Part shown: one piece after another, positions 13,111 to 26,126 of the stretch | Layout of the letters: each line of letters begins with the position of its first letter | Position numbering within the stretch: the first letter of the stretch is position 1 | Origin: Dipteris shenzhenensis | Lineage: Eukaryota | DNA length: 64,000 nucleotides | Assembly (NCBI GenBank): GCA_047967505.1 | Contig: CM106538.1 | Direction: 5' to 3' (one strand) | The notes under the pieces: model-generated | What the model was told of the DNA's origin: nothing | The model's database searches: none | The model's input: the letters and a program-made list of their open reading frames with translations, nothing else | Position numbers and translations under genes: made by a program

Positions 13111-14979
13111 AGTAGTAGTAGTAGTTTGCATATACTTTGCCATGTATATCCTTTTGTATATCGGCTCGTTTGAGCAATTTTGTATCACCCTTTTCGAAAG
13201 GGTAATTTTGTAACAAACAATGTTGTATATCTTCGACATGTATATGCTTCTGTCATTCAATCGGTTCATTTGAGCGATTTTATATCACCCTTTTTACAAG
13301 GGAAATTTTGTTATAAAAAACTTTTTTTTGTAATTACTAAAAAAAAAACATTAGTGGGGCAAAACAGGGCTTGCTGTGGCCCTGTTTAGCCCCACTAATG
13401 TTTTTTTAAAAATTATGTTAATTGTCACTATATAGTGACATTTACCAATGTTGCTATATAGCCACGTTTATTAGTGTCGCTATATACCGATGTTTATTAC
13501 CATCGCTATATAGCGACGCTTATATAGCAACCGTTCTTTTTCGACGCTTATAAGGACGTAAATAATGACCTTTGCGCTCGTCAAAAAAAAAATTGAGTGT
13601 AAAAAACGTTGGTATTTTCGTCAAAAAATGGCCTATGCCTTGTAGTGTTTGTTCCCATACTATCACATTGCTTGTACCCTCCACCTACATTCACCAATTC
13701 GTTAACTTCTTGCAAGTTGGTCAATTTTATAGAATTAAGGGTGCTATTGTTGTTCCAAAAAGAACAAGTGAGGGTGGAACCTCAAAATTGTCTCTACTTG
13801 TTGATGCAACTACGTGCATTATTAGAGGAGAGCCTTTTGATGGCAATCTTCTTTTGGAACTCGATCATTCTCTATGCACCCATGTACCTTGGGCTGCAAA
13901 AATGTTAAACCTTCGCAAATGGAATGTTTCAAATGTTGTGGGAACCATTGCAATAGTGATCATTAAGGTTACTAGTGAGGATGGGATGATTGATCAAATC
14001 ATTGTTGCGGACAGGCCTACGGACCAAGATCGAGCAACTATAAGTAATTTTTTCTTGTGATATCATAGGTTTATACAAAATGTTTCAACAAATTATATCT
14101 CTATTGTTGTGTTTGATTTTTTATGGTGGAAGCTTGCATTTGTCAAAGAGTGCAAATCCACACTTACACAACTCATACAAGAGTTCAATGAAGATAGCGT
14201 GGTTATGTATGTGCTTAAGAATGTTTCATTCTTAAAAGCAAAGGGAACAATTTGTGTGTTTGACTTCACCATACCAGCAGAGCTTGCGGATGGTCCAACA
14301 AAGGATGGATTAAAGGAAGAATTTGTGGCCCAAGTCTCTCACTTGGGTTATGGTACAAAGATAACTCTTAAAACATATCTCTGCTTCTTCAATGTAAATG
14401 CATCCATAACACACTTTGCTTTTTCTAGGTATTTGGTATCTTGCACCTTACAAATGTGAATGCCAATTTGATCGAGCATCGAGTGCAAGAGTTGTGGAGG
14501 CCTTCATGTTAGTAGGGATCCACTTCGACCTTATTGCTATTCTTGCAAAAGTGCCCAAAGTATTGTCCAAGTTCCTTCTTTGACAGGTGACATACTACGG
14601 CGTGGTGGTGAGCATGTGCCTGTTCAAATCCAAGGACCATATGTGGATCTTGTACTTCATTTATGTGTTCCTTTTATTGACATGTATGACCAAGATATAA
14701 TGCTAGCATGTGGCAAACTTAAGTCAACAAAACCTACTGGCAGTTTCACTATCAATCTCTGTGAATGATATATTGACTATTGATATGGTTCAAAACTTAC
14801 TTTTGAATTCATCAAGTTCTCGTGCAATAGTTGTAGAAATTCTTAACTACTTCCACAAGACTTTTGGAACAACATTTACTTTGCTTTGCTTCAATGGCAA
14901 GAATCTAAAAAATAAAGCAACTATAGGACCAACAAAACATTCTATTGCTCATACTCTATTGTTAGATGAGTCCAAGTCA

Positions 14980-17050
14980 ATTTGCACAATCATGACACTA
15001 GTCCGATTGAATATAAAGCACACAGAGCTCAACAAGTGCTGCCAATAGCACTTGCAATTAAACACAAGCTCGCATATAAGCATAGCTACATGAGTGGCAT
15101 AGTGTGGCCAATAACCACAATGCTAGCACTATCAGAACTATTGGAATCCCCACTATACAAACAATATAAAGTAAAAATGAACACATTGTGGGAGAATCAT
15201 ATAAAATGTTATCAAATGAAAGAAAAAGAACATGAACAAAATGAAGAATAAAACATTGAAGACCATGAGAATGACTTCTTGGATACAGATACTTTGGTCC
15301 ATGGAATATATACTAGCCAACAAGTTGTTGACTTTGAAGATAAAACTATTGTGGTGGCTCCTTCAGAGGGATTTGCTCCATTGAGCATTTTCAAAGACAA
15401 ATTTTGTGAGGAGCTTGCATACCCAAAACTATTCTATGGTAATGCAGAACGTAACCACAGCATTCCAACGTGTACTTCATACCAAGACATTGTAATCCTC
15501 AACACCCAACACTTATTGGAAGGAAAATGTCTTGCTATATGAACTACTTATATCAATGAGACAAAGAAACAAAATCTTCATTGACCTACTAAACAGAATT
15601 AGAATAGGTCAACACACAAAAGAAGATATTGAATATATAAACAACCATTACTTGCGACAACCACTCAATAAAGAAAACATTCCTAATTTGTTTTACACTA
15701 ATTTTTTAAAAGATATTCATTAACAAAGAAGTTTTCGAGCACTTGAAAGAACCTCCACATATTTTGCAAGCAATTAAAACAAGACACAAGACTTGCAGTG
15801 AAACAATAAGTATCCCAACAAACCCAAAGAGCACAACAGGTTTACACCAAACATTGCATTTAAAGCTAGGCATGATAGTAGAAATTTGTTTAGGAAACTT
15901 GGACATTTCAAATGGACTAGTTAATGGTTCTGATGGAATATTCAAGAGCTCGAACCAAGCAATAAAGCCAAATGTTGTTTGGATTCATTTTAACAAGAAC
16001 ATAGGAAAAAAGGCAAGAATGAATAATGCACACCTTTATTTTGACCATATCCTTCACTCTTGGACTCCTGTGCTTGCAATCACAAGATAATTTCAAATAG
16101 GTAACAATTTCCTCAAAACAATTTCTCGCCATCAATTTCCAATTCAACCAGCAGCTGCTAGAACTATACATAGATCACAAGGATTGACAATGGATTCCCT
16201 GGCCTTCGACCCCTCTTCCATAAAGCCCCATGGACTCACATACATAGCACTATCTCGTATTCGAGATCCTGATCACAACCTTTTCCTTATCAAACCTCTT
16301 ATGCAACAACACATCAAAGTTGACATTCAAGTGCTTCGAGAACTTGAAAGGTTGCGCAACGATAAAAAATGGATTCCTAATAGCTTAACTTCTTTGCTAG
16401 CACCAACAAAATTGAAACAGTACAGTCCCTTAATACAAGCTCTCTTGCCTCACATTTGCAAGACATCCTTGCAGACAATAGCATTCTCTCTCCTATAATT
16501 CTATGCCTCCAAGAAATTCATCTACAAGACTTAAGACCATTGCAACTACCACAATTCTATGCAAATTTTGCAAAAATTCAGGTGTTGGACTAGCAACTTG
16601 CTACAAAGCACATGTGCAACTAATCCACGAGAAATACATTTTCTAACAATAATGTCAATGCTTGCTCACAATGTTTGATCAAAGCAACGGGCAAAAATAT
16701 GCCATTATCAATGTTTACAAGTCACCTTTAGCATCAACAACTACACTTCTAACTCTACTTTAGCAACTCCTACATGATATACCAACAACAACACCAACAA
16801 CAATCATAGGTGATTCAATATAGACTACTCATTATCAAATGGTAACAAAAACAAACTTAATACATCCATGAAGTATTACAATATGACACAAACAATCAAT
16901 GAATCAACGACCATACATGGATCGACTCTTAACCACATTTGGACAAACAAACCACAATATCACAAATTATTTGGAACAAATTATATTTATTGGTATGACC
17001 ACTCTCTTCTTTACACAAATTTCATTATCCCTTCAGGGCACGCCCTTTGA
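14980..17050 (+). mobile_element. Helentron/Helitron2-type Rep-helicase-endonuclease remnant
   Basis: Pre-Rep motifs KHKLAYKHSYMSGIV and VAPSEGFAPLSIFKDKFCEELAYPKLFYG. PIF1 helicase motifs ELLISMRQ, LLNRIRIG, NLDISNGLVNGSDG, QFPIQPAAARTIHRSQGLT and TYIALSR. C-terminal EEP/AP-endonuclease-like motifs (LCLQE, INVYKSP, IIGD, STLNHIW, YDH). Confidence 0.85.
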
Positions 17051-17099
17051 ATGAAATTCACCTTGTTTAATTATTGAAGGTGGTTTACTCTTATATTAC

Positions 17100-18831
17100 T
17101 TTTAAATTGCCCCAAAGGACATTTCATACAAACCGCATATTGCAGATGGCCTCTAATAGCCTCATCAAGCCAACAAGCTACCAACCAACCAATCTGCGTG
17201 GCAATCTCCAAAACCACCTTTGACCAAGACAGCTCAAAAACATTAGGACTTTTAACTGAGGCCTCGTAATGGGCAACCCAAATCTTGTGCAGTGTTGCAT
17301 ATCTGATTATGTCTCAAAGAACATACTTATCTGAACCAAGATCCCCGTCCGCCGCTCCGAAGATGGCAGCACCTTTGCAGATGTATTCCAACCCCAGGCT
17401 TTTTGCACACTTCAGCCTAATGAGACCCCACACATTTTGGACCCATGGACAACCCTAGAATAGATAGGTGAGGGTCTCTACAATAGCTTTGCATATTTTG
17501 CATTGATCATCAACATGTAGCCATGACACATGGCTGCCTATAGGAAAAAGCCCAGCACCTACTCTCCAGAGGAAGAAATTTACCTTGCTGTAGGGTGTGG
17601 CTTTCCATACCCGAGTGAACCTACCCCTCCATGTGAATTCCAAGTCGTCCCTCAACCACCTCTCATTAAGTTTCTAATGACAGTCCTCCTTGTAGGCCAG
17701 AAGCTTATCTAGTAGCTTCACGCTCAGCTTATTCAGTGGGAAGTCATCTCACCACTCCCATTCCTTTGCCACTAAGCCATGATAGGGGTGCGTATTGGTT
17801 GGCCAATCGTGTGGGATTCTTTGAGCAATTTCCTCCATGAAGAGCGTTTCATCATAGGCCAGCCAAAATTTTGCCACAATCTGAGGCATGGATAGCCACT
17901 CATTCGAGTATGGGTCCTAAATGTCCTCCCAAGTGTAAAATCCCTTCACATCTATTCTCCCTGCAAGGACCTCATTCCCAACAGCCAAAAAACCTTCTCG
18001 TGTCCAAGCAGCTTGCCACCATATCAACAGCCTCAGAGAGAAGTTTGAATCAGCTGCTGCAGGTCTACCTTTCCATCCTCCTAGCATAACAAGTCCTTCC
18101 TTCCATGCAGCCACCAGCCTGTTCAAGAAGCTAGATTTTAAAGAGAGAGGGGCTACTGAGAAAACTTTGGTCCACATATCTAATCCTGGGAAGTGCCTAA
18201 TAGTAGCTTTACGGATTGCATCATTGGACTCAAGAAATTGAACCTAGATTTTCATAAGGAAGGAAATGGAGCATCTCTTTATTAGGACCGGGATTCCAAA
18301 ACCCCTTAATTTCTTAGGGGAACAAAGAATTGACCATGAGAGCCACTTCCATTTGGTTTTCTTCCAAATAAATTCCCTCAATTCCTTTTCTATCATTAGC
18401 AAGTGTGTCTTGAAGAAAACACAGAGTGAGAGAATGTAGAAGGAGGTTGGAGCTAGGATGTGTTTCACCACATTACATCTACCTAGTATATTCAGCGGGA
18501 CCTTGGACCAAGCTTCGATTTTAGACTTAAACTTGGACCACCACCATATGAGCCTCTGATGAATGGAGATCCCAACTCCAATGGGGACCCCAAGGTGCTT
18601 GATTATCTGTCCTCTTGGTACCCAATGTAGGCCTGTGTCTTTCATCCAGTCAAGTGGGCCATTCCTAGATACAAACAATGCCTTTGATTTCTTCAACTGA
18701 ATCTTGGAGTCCGAGGCTTCACAATGTAGTTCTAACAGAACTAGGACTAGCTTTAGCTGCTCAGGATCTGCTTTGCAGATATGTAGAAGAGATTCATCAT
18801 GGCACAAAGAGAGAGAGCTCAAGTGAGGCAA
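17100..18831 (-). mobile_element. L1-type LINE 3' fragment (post-RT region and zf-RVT)
   Basis: KHLGVPIG, WLSWSILCSPKKLRGFGIP and KVNFFLWR..CKIC...ET..YLF. Confidence 0.85.
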
Positions 18832-18837
18832 AATCCA

Positions 18838-19310
18838 TGTATTAGAATGAAGGAATGTCCTCCATTATATAGAAAGAGAGGATGGTGTAGGCACCTCCCC
18901 TATATCAGTGGCAATCAGCCCCTACATCAGTGGGACTAGCCTAAATCAAAAGAACCTCCCATGTGGGGGCCTTTGGCTTACATCATCACTTAGGTCACAC
19001 ACTAGACACCTCATAGCACTAGATATGCTTCTACAACACACACACACACACACACACACACATGTGACTCCCCTATATGCACACATGCACCTTAGAGCAA
19101 GCCCTTGATCACACTTATCCCAACATACCCCCCCTCAAGGGTTTGCCTCTTACTATGTCAAGGATACATCTAGTCACATAGTTTCTCATGCCATCTCATG
19201 GTGGTCACACATGCCATCTCATGGTGGTCAAGCATAAATCTATGGCTAGGATCTCATGCTAGCAAAGGGGCCCAAGGGTCAAGGTTTACAAAAATGGGAT
19301 AGATCCAACA
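18838..19310 (-). mobile_element. LTR fragments of additional retroelement(s) between the LINE and Copia A
   Basis: An AACA end at 19125 adjoins a polypurine tract on the minus strand (plus-strand TACCCCCCCTCAAG). A second AACA end lies at 19310, and a (CA)n run at ~19037-19061. Confidence 0.45.
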
Positions 19311-22300
19311 CTACTCAAATGCCTTCTCCTCATATGGGGGGCTTACAGGTTCTTGCGTAGTTACATGAGAGTGGAGCGTTGATATTTAACAGCCCCCCTC
19401 AATGTACCCGCAAGTGAACTTAATTTTTTGGTCTAATGCCAAGTCGATGAAGATGCCTCTCCAGCAAGTCTCTTTCAAGAGCCTTTGTGAAGATGTCCGC
19501 AGCATTCTCTGTAGTCGAACAATACACCAAGTTGACCTCTCCATCCATGATGAGCTCACATACAAAGTGATATTGAATCTCAATGTGTTTTGTGCGAGCA
19601 TGGAACATAGGGTTCTTTGCAATCGCCATGAAACTTTGATTGTCACATGATAACTACATAGGCTTGTTCTGCACTGCACCCATGTCCCCCAGAATCCTCC
19701 TCAACCACACTGCCTCGCAAGAAGCAAAGCATGCTGATTTTTTTTACTCAGCCTCGGTAGAAGAAAGAGCAACTGTGGATTGCTTCTTGCTGACCCATGA
19801 CACAGCTCCAGATCCAAGTGAAACAGTGACCTGTCACTGATCTCCTGCTGTCCACGTCTCCTGCCCAATCCGAGTCACAGGATCCAGTCAAGATGTTGCC
19901 CTTGGTATAGGTGATGCCATAATCAAGTGTGCCTTTGATGTATTTCAGCACCCACATCCCTGCCCTCCAATGGTTCTCCCGAGGCGTATTGAAAAACCTG
20001 CTTAGTACACCAGTCGCAAAGCTGATGTTCGACTGTGTGTTGCACAAGTAAATCGAACTACCCACAAGTCTTCTGTACTTCGCTTCATCCACCAGTGGTG
20101 ATGAATCCTCGGTTGAGAGCTTCACGTCAACCTCCATAGGGGTACCAATTGTCTTGCACTCAGCCATGCCAAATGCCTTTAGTATCTCTCCAACATACTT
20201 CAGTTGTGAAATGAAGATCTGTTTCGGCTCTTGCCAAACTTCAATCTCCAAACAGAAATGCATCAGTCCGAGGTCTGTCATTTTAAACTCTCTTCCTAGC
20301 AAATGCTTTGTCTGCAAGATCTTCTCTTCATGGTTCCCTATTATGACAAGGTCATCCACATAAAGGACCACGATCATACACCTGCCTCCTTCTCTGAAGA
20401 TATACAAATTTGCATCTGATGGGCTCCTCCTGAACTCGTTTTGTAGAAAGAAGGCATCAATTCATTAGTACCATGCTCGTGGGGCATGTTTCAGCTCGTA
20501 AAGTACCTTCTTTAGTTTATAGACTTTACCTTTTGAACTGGGGATCACAAAACTTGGTGGTTGTTCCACATATACCTCCTCCTTGAGATCCCCATTCAGA
20601 AAGGCGGATTTTACATCCATCTGAAACACGGGCCAACTTCCCTGGGTAGCTAAAGCCAAAACACTATGAATTGTGGTTAGTTGAGCTGTGGGAGCAAAAG
20701 TATCCTGATAATCAAAACCATGTACTTGTGCAAATCCTTTTGCCACGAGCTGAGCCTTGTACTTATCCAACGTGCCATCGGACTTGTACTTGGTCTTGTA
20801 CACCCACTTGGTGCCAATTACCTTGCGTTTTGGTGTACGATCCACAAGGTCCCAAGTGTTGTTCTTCATTATGGAGCCATACTCTGACTGCATAGCCTCC
20901 ATCCACCTATCATCACCTTGTGCCTCTTCAAGACACTTGGGTTCATCACTTCTGTCATCAAAGCATAGTTGACCAAGTCTTCGTGCGCTCTTCTTTGCTC
21001 CTCTAATCTCTTGGACTGGCGGTGTTCGGATGGTTCCTCCTCAATGGCTGGAGGTTCTCTGCCATTCAAAAGCTGCTTTACCCACTTCGGGAATGGCTTT
21101 TGCAGTTGTGGTTCTGTAGGCTCTTCTTCATCTTCTTTATCTTGAATCCTTCCAAGCACCGTTGGGGGAGTTCGGTCTGTTGGTGGTGGTGGTACTGGAT
21201 GGATATCCTAGTCCTAGTTGTCTAGGAAGGAAGCATCCTCCTTCAATTGATGCGGCTGTTCTAAGAAGACCACATCGCAACTTACTATTACCTTCTTGGT
21301 AACAGGGTTATAGAGATGGTAACCCTTCACCTCTTCACTGTAGCCCAAGAAAATACACTTTCGGCTCTTTCGGTTCCCATTTGGTCATGTTAGCATCAGG
21401 GACATGCACAAAATAGTCACATCCAAAAACTTTGAAATGTGCAACTGAAGGTTTCTTACTAGAAAAGGCCTATAGTGGAGTCATCCCATTCACAGCTTTC
21501 GTATAGCTACAATTTAGAATGTAAACTGTACTGTTATATGCTTCAGCCCAGAAAGTCTTTGGCAAATCTTTCCCTTTCATCATACTCCTGCCCATTTCAC
21601 AGATGACGCGCATCTTGCATTCTGCTACTCCATTTTGCTGTGATGTATGTGGCGGGGGTTTCTGCCTCTTAATCCCATGACTTTTGCAGTAACTCTCGAA
21701 TTCAGTTGATGTGAACTCTCCACCTCTGTCTGATCTCAATTTCTTCACCTTCTTCCCCGTTTCTTTCTCGACCATTACATGCCATTCCTTGAACTTACTA
21801 AAAGCCTGGTCTTTAGTCTTTAGGAAGTATATCGATATCCTTCTACTGTAGTCATCGATCATCATCATGAAGTAGTAGGAACCACCCAAAGCTTCCGTCT
21901 CCATCTGTTTGCAGAGGTTCATGTGAACGAGCTCTAGAGGAGCCTTTGCCCTGTTGGCCTCTTTAGGAAAGGGCTGTCAATGCTGCTTGCCCATCATGCA
22001 AGCTTCACATACATCGGGCAGATCTGAAATTTTTGGTAGGTTTGCAATCATTCTACTTTTATGCATCTCCTTCAAAGAACTAAGGTTTAGATGACCAAAC
22101 CTCTCATGCCACAGCTTCTTGTTCCTTCACATCGGCTCGAGCACTGAAAGCTGAGAGTTCGTAGATGTTGTTGTGCCATGTACCTTTACCAATGACCTTT
22201 CCTTGAAGATCCAAGATCTGTGCAACATTCTTATAGAATTGAACTTTGAGGTCCCGATCCGTGATCACAGAAATGGACAACAAGTTCCTCTTGATATCTG

Positions 22301-25122
22301 GCACATAAAGAACATCGCACAACTATTTTACAACTCCATCTGACTTGAGAGCAATCGTACCTTTTCCTTTTGCTGGACATTTTGCATCATTGCCGACTGC
22401 TACCAGGATGTCATTCCCTACCGGCTGTAGAGAGGTATACCAATCCTTCCGATTGGTCATCTGGCATGATGCACCACTGTCAATGATCCAAGGTTCATCC
22501 GCAGGTACATGAACTGCCTCCGTGCAAATCTCCTCAATTGCTACGAACATCTCTATTGGTGCTGCCTGCGTGCTATTGCTGGACTCTTTCTTTACTCTGT
22601 TCTTCTCATCTGCAATCTTCTTTCGGCACTCATTCTGCTTGTGCCCTGACTTGTTGCAATAGAATCACTTTATCTTCTTCTTTCTCTTTTTATCTTCAGA
22701 AGAAGATGGGTTACCAGAGTCCTTATCCTTACCTTTCTTTGATCCAACGTAGAAAGCCAAATCTTCTCCAGTCCTCATCTTTTGACGCATCTCCTCCTCT
22801 AGAAGCATCGCTCTAAAATCCTCAAAGTTGAGGGGCGGATTTCTATTCTGTGTATTCAGCGTCGTAAGAAGACCGTCGTACTTTGGTGGGAGAATCCGTA
22901 TACACCTTCGTGCTAGATTCTCGCTGGTGATGGTGATGCCAATCGCAGTCATCTAATCGCGCAGATTCTTCACCTTGGTGATGAACTTCTTTGCCACTTC
23001 AGACTCAAACAATTTCTCGTTTGTGAGTTGAGTCTCCAGATTCTGAATCCGCGTTTGATTCGTGGTCTCATACTGATTTTTCAAGACCGTCCATGCCTCC
23101 TCCACTATGGTGACATGTTGAATTAATGCCATGATAGAATCACTTACACTGCAGACAATAGAACACAGTGCATCTGCATTTCTTCTTGTCCATGCAAGAA
23201 TCTCATCTACAGTTGGTACTATCTATTGTCCTGCATTGGCTGGATCCAGTCTCGCAACCGGCCTCACGTCCACCCTATTAGCAGTGTCTCAAAAATACCT
23301 ATTTCATTAATTTTAGACTTTTTCTGTTGTTTTTGGACAAAGACCAAAAATCCTTCCCAAATGAAAAGTTTACTTTGTGAAAATATCCTTTCCAAATCAA
23401 AATTTTACTTTCTGAAAATATTCTTCCCAAATCAAAAGCTCACTTTGTGGCACTATCATATTCACATAAAAATCTTGTTTTTTCAATCTATACTTTTGCA
23501 CCAACAGGTTGTAAGGAGAGTCTGTGAGGAGATTCGAAACAGGTTGTGAGGAGAGTTTGTGAGGAGATTTGCGATGCTAGCCCTAGTTACGCATGGCCTG
23601 CAAGTTTAAAGTCTGCTTGTTTTCATGAAGCCAATGCCATAGTAGGCACTTTCAAGGACATATGCTCTCTCTAATGACTTAATAGTTAAGTGATGGAAAT
23701 TTAATTCCATAGAGACTTATGTGTTTTCTAAAGTAACTGTAATAGACAAGAAATGAAACTACAGTTCCACAAAGACTTTTTGGCTCTCTAATGTAAAGTT
23801 GTAATAGACAAGAGAGACAAAGATGAGATCTTCTAGGCTGAGCTAATGGAAGGTGTTTTTTAACACCATATGGCTTTGAACTATATGATCTACTTCTTGT
23901 ACAAATGTGTCATGCTTTTTTTTAAATGTACTCTAGCTTTAATAACATGTCACGCTATTTTTTCTGATTTGATTTTTTAAAATCTTACTTTTTGTCTCTT
24001 TTAACAATGTGATGTCCTCTTTTTTTAATGTACTCTAGTTTTAATAACATGTCACGTCATTTTTTCTAATTTGATTTTTTAAAATCTTACTTTTGTCTCA
24101 AAGTTTTGTTTTATAAGAGCCTCTTTTTTTAAAATGCTTTATCCAAAATTATCTCACAAAATGAATTTGGACAGTGCACCACTCCAAAATTAATGAAATA
24201 GGTGTTCAAAGCTCATATGTGCTTAGGATGGTCTTCATCTTAAACTTCCAGAGTGGATAGTTAGAGCCGTCTAACTTTTCGCTTTCGTCGAACGGTGGGA
24301 TTTGCAGTCTTGCAGGCTGGGCCATCTCTCACAATCTACTTGCAAATAGAAATACACTACCAAATCTTCTTGCTAGAGTCCAAGCTCTAATACCATGTTA
24401 GAAAATACCTAACAGAGGGTACGCATAGTGGAAGACTTATAGTAATGCCCAGGAGCTCACACAGTGTGCAGTGTGGGATGTGGAATCACAAACTTCTTTA
24501 CTTAATGTGCGTCACATAGATGTGCAGACTCATCAATAGACAATGAACCAGCCAGATAGAGAAACCACCAAAATATATATTTTCATCCACAACTATGGAC
24601 ACGATACAACGTCTATGCTCAACAGATAATAGGATCTCATATGTAAGAGAGAAAACAGATACTATGGAGGATCAAAAATTTGATTACTGTAGAACTGATA
24701 CAATAGATGGCGCTGCCTCCCAACCGTGCGCTCCTATGAAAGAAGCTTCGATGGCGAGCTGAAAACAGTAGAGTGTGAAGATAGTGGGAGAGAAGGAAGG
24801 AGTCTCACTTGCGGCTTTCTCACATACACAATGGGGGAATACACACAAAGGTGGCTGAAAATAGTTTTCCTCTTCTTAGTTCTGAAAGCCAAAAGAGCTC
24901 TAGTACAAAGAAATAGAAGAACCCTATATGTGGGTCTCAAACCAAACTCACCTAACTAAGGTGGCATATTAACTGAGCCACGAACTAGAGTACATAAGGA
25001 TAGCTGTCATCCAGCTATTATTCATGGGCGGTGAACCAACCGCATCTGCAGCTAACAAGTCGGTGACATAAATGCACAACAGTCACCTTGGCATATCACG
25101 AGTGGAGCTCAATATCTCAACA
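19311..25122 (-). mobile_element. Ty1/Copia LTR retrotransposon family A, copy 1 (degraded gag-PR-IN-RT-RH)
   Basis: WIIDSGAS protease; LRSDRGGEF and QQNGVAE integrase; QMDVKSAFL and LYVDDL RT; DSDWAG and HARTKHI RNase H. PBS TGGTATTAGAGC (tRNA-iMet-like) at 24384-24395, PPT next to 19391, and a 3' LTR remnant at 19311-19391. Confidence 0.93.
24396..25122 (-). repeat. LTR shared between Copia A (as its 5' LTR) and Copia B (as its 3' LTR)
   Basis: Bounded by TG...CA, with the PBS immediately to the left and the PPT (plus-strand CTCCCCCTCGAG) immediately to the right. 24605-24770 is homologous to the Copia A LTR at 61349-61520. Confidence 0.85.
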
Positions 25123-26126
25123 CTCCCCCTCGAGCTCAGTCCCAATTCCTGCACACCAAGTAGGTCTCTGAACTTGCACAGCTTCTTTGCGCCCAATGCC
25201 TTCATGAATATGTCAGCTACCTAATCCTCTGTGTTGACATAAACTAGATCAATAAGACCTAGTAAGACCTTCTCCTGCACATAGTGATAATGCACCTCAA
25301 TGTGCTTTGTTCTAGCATGATAGACCGGGTTATTTGCCAAGTGTATACTGCTCATGTTGTCATAATAAATGACAACTGGCCCATCTGTAGACTGATGCAT
25401 ATCATAAAGTATCTTATGCAATCAAGCTACCTCACATGCAGCCATTGCTGCACCCCTGTACTAAGCCTCTGTGCTCGACAAGGCAATTGTAGGCTATTTC
25501 TTGCTGCTCCAAGTGACTGCAACACTCCCAAAAGAGAACACATATCCACTGGTAGATTGTCTATCAAAAATACTACCAGCCCAATCAGCATCAGTGTATC
25601 CATGCAACTGTATCTGAACCCGAGCCTCATAAAATAGTCCATACTACAATGTGGACTTCACATACCTGAGTATGCGTCTAGCCACATCCAAATGCGGTTT
25701 CCTTGGAGCCTGCATAAACTGACTTACCAATCCAACAGCATAGCTCAAATCTGGCCTGGTAATAGTCATATAAATCAAACTTCCTACTATGTGTCTGTAC
25801 ATAGTAGGGTCTTCCAGAAGCTTACTTGCATCTATGCTCAGCTTCACATTCTGCTCCAAAGGAACTGAAATAGGCTTACAGCCTGTCATCCCATATTTGG
25901 ACAGCATGTCCAATCCAAACTACCTCTGCAAGAGCTATATCCCACTTGATGTTCTAATCACCTCAATGCCCAAGAAATATCACAGCTCTCCCAAATCCTT
26001 CATCTCAAACTTCTACTTCAATAGCATTTTCACATGAAGGATATCTTCATCACTATCACCTGTGATGATCAAATCATCAACATAGATGACAAGCAGCATA
26101 ATACCTTTCTTTGTTTTTCTTACACA
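25123..26126 (-). mobile_element. Ty1/Copia family B, RT-RNase H fragment
   Basis: IYVDDLIITG, GSLIYMTITRPDLSYAVGLVSQFM and HARTKHIEVHYH. The protein sequence is clearly distinct from family A, and the fragment is truncated against CACTA copy 2. Confidence 0.9.

Larger units (their letters stand above)
4713..13647 (-). mobile_element. CACTA (En/Spm) DNA transposon, copy 1, both ends present
   Basis: Begins CACTAC at 4713 and ends GTAGTG at 13647, with a 3-bp TSD TTT (4710-4712 / 13648-13650). Subterminal palindromes GTCGCTATATAGCGAC and an internal TnpD-like transposase are present. Confidence 0.93.
4445..14770 (+). pseudogene. RPA70-like OB-fold gene (Helitron cargo), split by the CACTA insertion at 4713-13647
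   Basis: Removing the CACTA and one TTT restores the reading frame ...FVFEGKLLAKYGTYKVPNPKYAGFLKADLIDKL-CSHTITLLVPSTYIHQFVNFLQVGQFYRIKG.... A later exon has a CxxC..CxxC ribbon (CKSC...CYSC, ~14480-14550), as in the RPA70 C-terminal OB fold. It lies directly upstream of the Helitron Rep/Hel remnants. Confidence 0.65.
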
